A stretch of DNA of 32,000 nucleotides from Candidatus Electrothrix sp. GW3-4 (GCF_037902255.1 NZ_CP147990.1:3960001-3992000), one strand, 5' to 3'; shown: positions 8,986-16,437, counted from the first letter of the stretch. Notes: generated by a model from the letters alone, not told the origin. Translations and numbers: made by a program.

Positions 8986-9248
8986 ATTGTTGGGAGGTAA
9001 AGGATTGCGGAAGAGAACCAAACGGAAAAAATGTCCCTTTACATGGTGTTTGTCCGGTTTCGGTTGATTTTCTTGTGGATGGTATTCATAATGGAAAAAA
9101 TGGAGGGCGCTGTTGCTGGGCTTTTGCTCCTGGCGTCACAAAAGAGAGTTATGACATCTCCAGTTACTATGAAAAGGCGCTAGGATGCCTTGGGTGTGAA
9201 TTCTACAAATCAGTTAAAGATACAACTGTATTGCTTGTTCGATTATAA
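8967..9248 (+). CDS. Small Cys-rich protein with two Cys-Trp motifs ('two-CW'-like), copy 2
   Basis: MRENFLNCWEVKDCGREPNG...GKNGGRCCWAF...CLGCEFY. A GGAG sequence lies just upstream of the ATG. It overlaps copy 1 by 19 nt. Confidence 0.7.
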   Translation: MRENFLNCWEVKDCGREPNGKNVPLHGVCPVSVDFLVDGIHNGKNGGRCCWAFAPGVTKESYDISSYYEKALGCLGCEFYKSVKDTTVLLVRL

Positions 9249-9252
9249 GAGA

Positions 9253-9279
9253 GCGTGATCTGGTTTCTTTTTGCCCTAC
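9253..9279 (+). repeat. 27-bp direct repeat, right copy
   Basis: gcgtgATCTggtttctttttgccctac starts 5 nt after the stop of the second two-CW gene and pairs with 8272-8298. Confidence 0.8.
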
Positions 9280-9357
9280 CCCCAATCCCGTCTGATTTTG
9301 ACTGTGATACCTGGGTACACAGAAAAAGCCCCCTGAAGTCAGTTCTGATTATACACA

Positions 9358-9380
9358 GGACCTCTCAGAGAGGTTTTCTC
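9358..9380 (+). terminator. Weak hairpin plus T-run; possible terminator of the two-CW gene pair
   Basis: acctct-cag-agaggt followed by tttctc, located between the convergent two-CW genes and recR. Confidence 0.3.
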
Positions 9381-9439
9381 GTGATGATGTTACCCCTCCG
9401 TTCCAACACCGGTCAAGTTCACAACTTTTCTTCTCTTAT

Positions 9440-10045
9440 TCATTTTTCTATAAACTGCCTGGATTCTATAGCTCTTGAGAGCGTATGTTCGTCTGCATAC
9501 TTGATGTCCATCCCCATAGGTATACCGCAGGCAAGGCGGGTCACCTTGACCGGCAAACCCGACAAATGATCAATCAGGTAGGAGGCAGTAGCTTCGCCCG
9601 GTACTGTGGAGCTGGTCGCGATCAGAATCTCCTCAATCCCCTGGCTTCGTACCCGCTGAAAGAGCTCACGAATCTTGAGCTCATCCGGTCCGATGCCCTC
9701 CATAGGAGCCAAAACCCCGTGGAGAATATGGTACACCCCGCGAAAGGCACCGGTTTTTTCAATGGCCAGCAGATCACCGGGTTCCTCCACCACGCAAACC
9801 AAGCGGTTATTGCGGCGGGCATCCTCACAGATACGACAGGGATCGTTCTCGGAAAAGGCAAAACAACGGCTGCAAAGCTGAATAGATGAATGGAGCTCAG
9901 CCAGACTTGCTGAGAGATTGAGGGCCTCGGCAGGAGGACGGCGCAGGAGGTAGAGAGCAAGTCGGGAGGCGGTCTTCTGACCGATACCCGGCAACCGGGT
10001 CAGATCGCTCATCAGCCGTTCCAGTGCCGGGGGAACAACCTGCAT
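9440..10045 (-). CDS. recR: Recombination protein RecR
   Basis: N-terminal helix-hairpin-helix LPGIGQKTASRLALYLL, a C4 zinc finger (CSRCFAFSENDPCRIC) and a Toprim region. It sits in the conserved dnaX-ybaB-recR order. Confidence 0.95.
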   Translation of the reverse strand: MQVVPPALERLMSDLTRLPGIGQKTASRLALYLLRRPPAEALNLSASLAELHSSIQLCSRCFAFSENDPCRICEDARRNNRLVCVVEEPGDLLAIEKTGAFRGVYHILHGVLAPMEGIGPDELKIRELFQRVRSQGIEEILIATSSTVPGEATASYLIDHLSGLPVKVTRLACGIPMGMDIKYADEHTLSRAIESRQFIEK

Positions 10046-10051
10046 GGTCGC

Positions 10052-10360
10052 TTAGGACAGGCCCGGAATATTGAGGCCTCCGGTCAGCTTGGACATCTCG
10101 CCCTTGCCCATTTCAGCTGCCTTACGGGCACCATCGTTAACCGCAGCAACAATCAGGTCCTGAAGCATATCCATCTCATCAACGTTCACGATCCCAGGTT
10201 CAATGGTAAGGCCGACCAGCTCGCCCCGACCGTTCATGGTGGTCGTGACCATGCCCCCGCCCGCAGAGCCGGTAACGGTTTTGGTCGCCAACTCCTCCTG
10301 CATATCTCCCATTTTTTTCTGGAATTCCTTTGCCTGCTGCATCATATCTGAAATATTCAT
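10052..10360 (-). CDS. ybaB: Nucleoid-associated protein YbaB/EbfC
   Basis: MNISDMMQQAKEFQKKMGDMQEEL...GGGMV is typical YbaB. I chose the internal ATG at 10360 rather than the ORF-track start at 10399 because that is where the family-typical N-terminus begins. Confidence 0.9.
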   Translation of the reverse strand: MNISDMMQQAKEFQKKMGDMQEELATKTVTGSAGGGMVTTTMNGRGELVGLTIEPGIVNVDEMDMLQDLIVAAVNDGARKAAEMGKGEMSKLTGGLNIPGLS

Positions 10361-10439
10361 ATCATTCTCTATAGTATTTTCAAATGAACAAGGAAGCACA
10401 TTGCCTCTTCTCTTTGGGCAGTATAATCATTTTTTCGGA

Positions 10440-12308
10440 TTATTCGTCAACCTTTTCCTGAGGCAAAGCCCCACGAAAACGCGGTCCAACCCGAATATCG
10501 CCAACTTGGCCGCTAAAGATATCCACAGCAGCCAACACGAGCGAATCATTCGCCAATTTCTGACGTTCCTGCCGCACCGCGGCTGCACTGTCCGGATCTG
10601 TGGCACAGGCCGAAGAGTTCGGCACCTTAAAGGTCACCTCCAGCTCCTCCTGAAAAAAATCCATGGCAAACTCGGTCAACTGAACAAGATTTTCTTTGCT
10701 TCCAAGGAGCTTACAATCCGCTGATTCATCATAGTTCACGGTCAGAACACCGTTTTCCAGACGGGCTGAAGAGGAACTTTTCAGGGCAGCCCCCATCCAG
10801 GTTACCCGTTCCTGCACATAGTCGACAAACGCTGGCCAATGCTTGCGCACATCTTTTTTCTGTACACGGGATAAGGCCGGGACATCTCCGTCTTGCGCTG
10901 AAGGAGGATACTGTGCTGATGCTTCGGGCGGTTCTGGTTCTGGCGGGCGCAGTTCTTCCACAGGGGGAGGCCCTTGCGGAGGAGGTGCTACCAATTCAGG
11001 ATCTTTTTTTTTTTCGGCCTCGGCAGGAGGTACCGGCTGTGCAGACGAAGGAGGAGGTGACTTTGTCGATCCCTTGCCCTGCTCCGCCTGCGGAACCTGC
11101 TGACGTATCTGCGACGGCTGCTGTGACGGAATCGTTTGCCCGTCCCCCTGTTGTTGCGGCAGGGCTACTCCAGCCAACACATCGTCCAAGCGGGTGAGCA
11201 GGTCCGTCACCGGCACCACCTCCCCCACCTGCACGGCCCGAATAAAGGTCATCTCCACAGCGAAACGGGGACGTGAGGAGAAAGCGGCCTTTTCTAACCC
11301 CTCCAGCAGGAGATTGAACATCATGAACAGGGTTTGGGAGGAATGGGCCGCTGCGACCTCCTGCAAAAGAGCGAGTTCATCCGCAGGGAGATCAAGGAGG
11401 CGGGCCGGGTCCTGACTGACACTGCACACCACAAGGCTGCGAAACCAGGCCAGCAGCTCATTGATAAAGCGTTTGATGTCCATGCCGTAGTTGTAGACCT
11501 TATCCAGATTGCTCAGGGCAGCGCTCAGGTCTTTGCTCAAGAGGGCACGGGCAAGATCAGCTATCACCTCGTGACTAACCAGCCCCAGCACGTCAGCCAC
11601 CTCTTCACCAGTGACGTTCTCGCCGCAATAGGAAAAGACCTGGTCCAGCAGGCTAAGGCCATCGCGCACCGAACCGCCTGCCTCCCGCACCACCATATTC
11701 AAGGCAGACTCATCAATGCTGATCCCTTCCTGTTCGGCTAAAGAGGCAAAATGGGCCGCCAACTCGGCATGGGCGACCCGCTTGAGCTCGTAGCGCTGAC
11801 AGCGGGAAAGGATGGTCACCGGCACCTTGTGCAATTCCGTGGTGGCAAACATAAAGTAGACATGCTCGGGCGGCTCCTCAAGGGTCTTGAGCAAGGCATT
11901 AAAGGCCTCGGTGGTGAGCATGTGGACTTCATCAATGATGATGATCTTAAACTTGGAGCTGGTGGGCATAAAACGGATATTTTCCTTCAGCTCCCGGATC
12001 TCCTGAATACCCCGGTTGGAGGCACCATCTACCTCGTGCAGATCAACGGAACTGCCTGCCATGATCTCCTTGCAGGAACGGCATTCGTTGCAGGGTTCAG
12101 GTGGTTCTCCCTTTTCGCAATTCAGGGCCTTGGCCATGATGCGGGCAAGGGTGGTTTTACCGGTACCGCGCACCCCGCTGAAGATCAGGGCATGGGGCAC
12201 CCGGTTCTGTACTAATCCGTTTTGCAGGGTACGGACAACGGCTTTCTGGCCGACCACCTGAGCAAAGGTCTGGGGTCGGGATTTTCTGGCGAGGACGAGG
12301 TAAGACAC
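10440..12308 (-). CDS. dnaX: DNA polymerase III subunit gamma/tau
   Basis: GTG start. Clamp-loader AAA+ motifs are present: GVRGTGKTT, the zinc module CNECRSCKE, DEVHML and SRCQ. A Pro/Gln-rich linker and a tau C-terminal domain follow. Confidence 0.95.
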   Translation of the reverse strand: MSYLVLARKSRPQTFAQVVGQKAVVRTLQNGLVQNRVPHALIFSGVRGTGKTTLARIMAKALNCEKGEPPEPCNECRSCKEIMAGSSVDLHEVDGASNRGIQEIRELKENIRFMPTSSKFKIIIIDEVHMLTTEAFNALLKTLEEPPEHVYFMFATTELHKVPVTILSRCQRYELKRVAHAELAAHFASLAEQEGISIDESALNMVVREAGGSVRDGLSLLDQVFSYCGENVTGEEVADVLGLVSHEVIADLARALLSKDLSAALSNLDKVYNYGMDIKRFINELLAWFRSLVVCSVSQDPARLLDLPADELALLQEVAAAHSSQTLFMMFNLLLEGLEKAAFSSRPRFAVEMTFIRAVQVGEVVPVTDLLTRLDDVLAGVALPQQQGDGQTIPSQQPSQIRQQVPQAEQGKGSTKSPPPSSAQPVPPAEAEKKKDPELVAPPPQGPPPVEELRPPEPEPPEASAQYPPSAQDGDVPALSRVQKKDVRKHWPAFVDYVQERVTWMGAALKSSSSARLENGVLTVNYDESADCKLLGSKENLVQLTEFAMDFFQEELEVTFKVPNSSACATDPDSAAAVRQERQKLANDSLVLAAVDIFSGQVGDIRVGPRFRGALPQEKVDE

Positions 12309-12310
12309 GG
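12214..12310 (-). repeat. dnaX 5'-end repeat, copy A (the functional gene start)
   Basis: First ~32 codons of dnaX, with the GTG at 12308. This is the reference copy for copies B and C. Confidence 0.9.
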
Positions 12311-12413
12311 GATTTCAGGTTAAAGGTTCAAACGATGTGTTTATGTATTCTGTAGATGGCAGGCTGCGGATTACACAGCAACACAGCCTCTTCAGTCTTC
12401 CGTTATGATCAAA

Positions 12414-12749
12414 TCAGGAAAGAATGAGCAGCATGGAGAGCACCCCGAGCAATGTCCCGAGAGCCTGACGTATGCCAAAGGGTTCATTCCAAAAAAACGT
12501 ACCTCCTAAGATCACCAGCAACATGCAGGCAATGGTATTCACCGGGCTTGCCAAGCTGACAGGAAAGTATCGAAGCGCGACCGAGTACAGCGCCAGAGCA
12601 AGGCCGTATACCACAACGCTGCTCCCCATTGTCAGCAACCATGCCGTACTTTTCCACTCTTTCAAGGCGGCCTGCTTCAGCAGGAGCTGAGCAACGGTGG
12701 AAAAAATCACCGGGGCGAAGAGAATCAGATATTTTTTCAACGGACTCAC
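12414..12749 (-). CDS. Small four-helix membrane protein, SMR/EamA (ArnE-like) superfamily
   Basis: 111 aa and strongly hydrophobic, with four predicted TM segments. AGGAGG lies 5 nt upstream of the GTG start. That GTG overlaps (GTGA) the stop of the dnaX' leader ORF in copy B. Confidence 0.6.
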   Translation of the reverse strand: MSPLKKYLILFAPVIFSTVAQLLLKQAALKEWKSTAWLLTMGSSVVVYGLALALYSVALRYFPVSLASPVNTIACMLLVILGGTFFWNEPFGIRQALGTLLGVLSMLLILS

Positions 12750-12779
12750 TGTTCCTCCTGATTGTTCTTACTCTGCTCT

Positions 12780-12876
12780 AACCTATTTTGCAGGGTACGG
12801 GCAATGGGTTTCTGGCCGACCACCTGGGCAAAGGTCTGGGGTCGGGATTTTCTGGCGAGGACGAGGTAGGACACGG
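12780..12876 (-). repeat. dnaX 5'-end repeat, copy B (dnaX' remnant, 41-codon ORF)
   Basis: By hand alignment there are about 8 mismatches over 97 nt versus copy A. It translates (GTG at 12874) to VSYLVLARKSRPQTFAQVVGQKPIARTLQN..., against MSYLVLARKSRPQTFAQVVGQKAVVRTLQN for dnaX. Confidence 0.9.
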
Positions 12877-12893
12877 CAGCTTCTTTTTATTCC

Positions 12894-13805
12894 CTATTTT
12901 TTACGATGGATATCATCATGACAAACAGTGCAGAGCGTGACAAGATTGTCTTCTGTATTTCCTCCGCCTGTTGCATGTGTTTTTTGGTGATGGAGTTCCA
13001 AATGACGTGGGTCGGACCGGTTCCATTCCTCATGTGACCATGCGCAGACAGTGCATTTATAATCGTCTCGCCGCAGGACATTGCGTTGAACAGGATCGGG
13101 AATACGGCGGTCATGTTCAGGACTTTGGCGATCAGCTTCCAGCAGATAAACTCCGACCTCAAGGTCGGGGCGTCCTGTATTTTTAGTAACAATCGGCCAG
13201 CCGTACTCGGTGCGTAGCTCCCTCACTCTTCTTGCCCACTCCGACTTGTCCCTGGCAAGATACTTCAATTCCTCGCCGGTTATTTTCTGACCGATATTCG
13301 TCCTGAAATACTTCAACAGTCTATCACGAACAGAAATATTTTCCCTGCGTATCTCGTTCGCTACATTCCAGCGATGAGCAGCATCCCTATCCTGCTCATC
13401 GGAAAGCAATATATAGTCCGAAGTCCCCATCGCTGCTGCATCAATATCTACAAGAGGAAACTCATTTTCTTCCGCCATCTGCGTAGCTGTCAGGCCGCTC
13501 GCTATCGACCAGCCGAATTGGACTCTCAACTCACGTATCCTCCGAGCATATTCCTGAATGCCCGAGACAACAAGCAGTTCATCTCCGCTGATGATCACTC
13601 CTTGGTATTTCAAGAAATAATGCAGTATCCTGTCGCGGGCACTGCGGGCCTCTTCAGCAGGAATGAGGGATTTCCCCAGGTCGCGCAACTGATGATAGCA
13701 TGGAACAAGGGAAAGTACCTTCTGCCGCAAATTATCAGAGCACAATTCTTCTTCAAAATCTATCAACAACTCCAGCAGCTGTTTTCGTATCGCTTCCGCT
13801 TTCAT
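12894..13805 (-). CDS. HNH-family endonuclease; probable type II restriction enzyme partner of the adjacent methyltransferase
   Basis: C-terminal HNH motif CTVCAW...HLELHHQKTHATGGGNTEDNLVTLCTVCHDDIH. Two internal ~50-aa repeats (RDRILHYF...ARRIRELRVQFGWSI and RDRLLKYF...ARRVRELRTEYGWPI) lie N-terminal to it. It overlaps the dcm gene by 4 nt. Confidence 0.8.
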   Translation of the reverse strand: MKAEAIRKQLLELLIDFEEELCSDNLRQKVLSLVPCYHQLRDLGKSLIPAEEARSARDRILHYFLKYQGVIISGDELLVVSGIQEYARRIRELRVQFGWSIASGLTATQMAEENEFPLVDIDAAAMGTSDYILLSDEQDRDAAHRWNVANEIRRENISVRDRLLKYFRTNIGQKITGEELKYLARDKSEWARRVRELRTEYGWPIVTKNTGRPDLEVGVYLLEADRQSPEHDRRIPDPVQRNVLRRDDYKCTVCAWSHEEWNRSDPRHLELHHQKTHATGGGNTEDNLVTLCTVCHDDIHRKK

Positions 13806-15010
13806 GTATCACCCCTGCTGTCCAGTAATACCCTGACTATATCAGCCACCCTTGCCGCAAGCAGAGGGGGAACAGCGTTACCGATCTGTTTAGCAATTTC
13901 AATTTTCGACCCGGTAAAACGAAAGCTGTCCGGAAAACTTTGAAACCGTGCTGCTTCCCTATGAGTGATCGGACGATGCTGCTCCGGGTGCAGGTAACGA
14001 CCTTTTTCCGGCTTAAAAAACTCTGTCCGTATCGTCACCGAGGGCCGGTCCCACCAGAGCCGACCGAATAGATCTGTACCGCCGGATTTCTTTCTGATCC
14101 AGCATTTCGGAGTTAATTCGGGAGCGACTCGCTGCAAATCAAAGCGGTTCATTCCCTCCTGCGGAATAGCCCTGTATCTTTTTCGGCTGAGTTCGGTAGG
14201 ATTTCTTCCGAAATGCAAATTAAGCGGCGGAGCTGTTTCTCTGATTTCCGTCCCTTCAGGCGGAGGAAGGTCCTTAATCGCATCTCGTACCGTTTTCCAA
14301 TGTTGAGGAGAAGATAAAAACTCCTGCTTCTCAAACGGCAGCAACAGCTGCTTGCTCTTTCCGTTCGGGTTGCAATGCGTTTTTCTCGGAGGAAAGAGCA
14401 TTGAGGGATCTGCAAAAGTACAGCCGATGATAAACGCCCTGGTACGAGTCTGTGGAACACCGTAGTCGGCAGCTATCAGCTTCTCCTGATAGACTTTAAA
14501 GCCAAGGGCTTGCGCCATCCCGACAATTTCCCCATGTTCAAAGGTACCAAGCAGTTGCGGTACGTTTTCCATAACAAATACTGAAGCCCCGCATTGCTCA
14601 ACAACTTTCAGGAAAGGACGCCAGAGTTCCTTCCGAGGGTCCTCAGCGCGTTTCTTATTCAACAGACTGAAGCCTTGGCAGGGAGGGCCTCCTATCACCA
14701 CGTCGGCACGGGGAATCCTGATCTGATTGTCTTTCAGTATTTCCGCAAGATCACCGGCAACACAGTGCGGACCGAAGTTCTCATTATATGTATCAACACA
14801 AAACTGATTACAGTCATTCGCCCAAACCGATTGAAAGGGCTGTCCAAAGGACTCGGAAAACCCTAATGACATGCCGCCAGCTCCGGCAAAGAGATCAATC
14901 AGCCGGTAACGCTGCGGGGTTTCTTTGAGCAAGGCACCGGAACAGCGCGTTCCATAGGAACGTTGGTCTTCGCGTAACAGCAGCATACTCTTCATGTGGT
15001 CAGAACTCAT
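13802..15010 (-). CDS. dcm: DNA (cytosine-5)-methyltransferase
   Basis: Canonical C5-MTase motifs are present: DLFAGAGGMSLGF (I), GGPPCQGFS (IV), ENV (VI), QTRTRAFIIG (VIII) and GNAVPP (X). Confidence 0.95.
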   Translation of the reverse strand: MSSDHMKSMLLLREDQRSYGTRCSGALLKETPQRYRLIDLFAGAGGMSLGFSESFGQPFQSVWANDCNQFCVDTYNENFGPHCVAGDLAEILKDNQIRIPRADVVIGGPPCQGFSLLNKKRAEDPRKELWRPFLKVVEQCGASVFVMENVPQLLGTFEHGEIVGMAQALGFKVYQEKLIAADYGVPQTRTRAFIIGCTFADPSMLFPPRKTHCNPNGKSKQLLLPFEKQEFLSSPQHWKTVRDAIKDLPPPEGTEIRETAPPLNLHFGRNPTELSRKRYRAIPQEGMNRFDLQRVAPELTPKCWIRKKSGGTDLFGRLWWDRPSVTIRTEFFKPEKGRYLHPEQHRPITHREAARFQSFPDSFRFTGSKIEIAKQIGNAVPPLLAARVADIVRVLLDSRGDT

Positions 15011-15066
15011 AAGCCGTTTTGCAAGGTTCGGACAACGGCTTTCTGGCTAGGATGAGGTAGGACACG
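15011..15066 (-). repeat. dnaX 5'-end repeat, copy C (internally deleted dnaX' remnant, 21-codon ORF)
   Basis: GTG at 15065 gives VSYLILARK... It matches copy A on both sides of a ~41-nt internal deletion lying between the two (c/t)tttctgg repeats. The remnant ORF overlaps the dcm ATG. Confidence 0.8.
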
Positions 15067-15077
15067 TTTTTTCCTGC

Positions 15078-15742
15078 TTAATTTTTGAAGGATTGTGCTG
15101 TTTGAGCACCAGAGCAAACCAGCTCATCAATAATCTCCTTGGTTCTCCGCAAAACAGCAGCTATCTGCATAATCTCCGCCTCTTTTGTCGCATCATAGGC
15201 CAGACTTTCCGCATAGACTTTCCCATCAAGGAGGACAAAGACCAATGCCGACCGATAATATAGGCCCCGTACACAGGCTGCGCACGAGCATTTGCAGCTT
15301 GGGCCGCGACCATCTCCGCCAGCAGCTGTCCCAGCGGATCATTGGAACTATCCCTCTCCTTTTTATATTCATGGAGAAAAAAGAAGGGCTGCTTTGGAGC
15401 ATGCCTGCCCGAGGCAACAAGAAAGCCAACAATGCCCCACAGTCGCTTCCCGTCTGCATATTCAACGCTCAACTCGCGCTCAAGAAAAGGGCGATACGAA
15501 GACTGATAAAAGTTCACCATATTGAGGAGCGAGGCAATAAAATAGACCTTCAGTTCCTCCTCATTCCAGTCATGCACATGGGCCAATAGCGTCTGCGAGA
15601 GACTGAGAAGCGTCTGTTGTTCACTGTCAGTAAAGGACGGAGACACGGCAAGCCATTCCTGGAGCAATTCGTACTGCCGATCAGCAGTTAGACTGAACTC
15701 GTCTTCAATCTCTTCTTTTGTCCATTGCGAAAAAGGTTTCAT
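15078..15742 (-). pseudogene. HsdR-N-terminal-like (PD-(D/E)xK fold) protein, frameshifted near 15240
   Basis: The region WNEEELKVYFIASLL...GIVGFLVASG...PFFFLHEYKKE...DPLGQLL resembles the type I R-subunit N-terminal domain family. After ...GRHW the annotated frame becomes low-complexity (SLSSLMGKSMRKVW...). The frame reached by restoring one base reads FVLLDGKVYAESLAYDATKEAEIMQIAAVLRRTKEIIDELV... and runs to a TAA at 15078. Confidence 0.55.
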
Positions 15743-15848
15743 ACGTTGTACTCCTGACGAGAAGTTTCTTCCGCATGTTCAGATTGCCCCTGAATGTTTT
15801 ACCAGCGCAACAGACCGACAACACACGATTTACGAAAAATATCCCTTG

Positions 15849-15908
15849 AAAATGCTATGATTACATGCCCGTCACAAAATGCTATGATTACATGCCCGTC
15901 ACAAAATG
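15849..15908. repeat. Tandem 27-bp direct repeat (two perfect copies plus a 6-nt start of a third)
   Basis: aaaatgctatgattacatgcccgtcac occurs at 15849-15875 and is repeated exactly at 15876-15902. The next unit begins aaaatg and then diverges. Confidence 0.9.
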
Positions 15909-15938
15909 TCATTTCATTGTTGACGCGTCTTTTTCCTG

Positions 15939-16415
15939 TTACTTTTTCTTTTTTTTGTGTTTGAGACGGCGTTTCAATTTACGTCGCTTTTTTCGGTTGA
16001 TGGGACGTTTTATCGAGCTCGCTTGTTGATGATGGGTGGGATTCAGAAACTCGACAAGAGGAATAGGGTTGTCGTTATGTCCAAACGGAAGATGTTTCTT
16101 GTCGTCAGGAATCGCGTCTGAATTTACAATTCCAGCCACGGTAAATTCTTTTGTCGTCACCCCACTGACGACGACCATCCCTTGGACAAACTCGTCGTAA
16201 TTAAGCACCACAACAGGACAATTCGGACAAAACCACCCTCCCTTATTTCCCGCCAAATACGGTTCAACTTCTTTGCCCTGCTTAGTCACCATGAGGTACA
16301 TCTGAAAATCTTGAACCAACGGTGTCTGACATTCTGGGCACCGATGGGGTGATTCAATGTCTGTATCCCAATATCTCCGTCTTGGAAGTGATACATCTAT
16401 ATCATACGTTTTCAT
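15939..16415 (-). CDS. Hypothetical protein with a split Zn-ribbon (CPEC...CPNC) and a poly-Lys/Arg C-terminal tail
   Basis: 158-aa ORF co-directional with its neighbours. It has two CxxC pairs 39 residues apart and the C-terminus RKKRRKLKRRLKHKKKKK. I did not recognise any family. Confidence 0.5.
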   Translation of the reverse strand: MKTYDIDVSLPRRRYWDTDIESPHRCPECQTPLVQDFQMYLMVTKQGKEVEPYLAGNKGGWFCPNCPVVVLNYDEFVQGMVVVSGVTTKEFTVAGIVNSDAIPDDKKHLPFGHNDNPIPLVEFLNPTHHQQASSIKRPINRKKRRKLKRRLKHKKKKK

Positions 16416-16437
16416 TGCTCAGTCACTTTATTCTTCT

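Noticed and set aside
8701-9248. The two-CW peptides as precursors of ribosomally synthesised, post-translationally modified peptides (RiPPs).
   Set aside because: No maturase, protease or transporter genes are adjacent. The radical SAM gene at 946 is 7 kb away in a separate operon. Conservation spans the whole length in a folded-domain-like way rather than following a leader/core pattern.
9255-9569. A 104-aa plus-strand ORF between the two-CW genes and recR.
   Set aside because: Its 3' part overlaps the recR coding sequence antisense. It has no RBS and no recognisable features.
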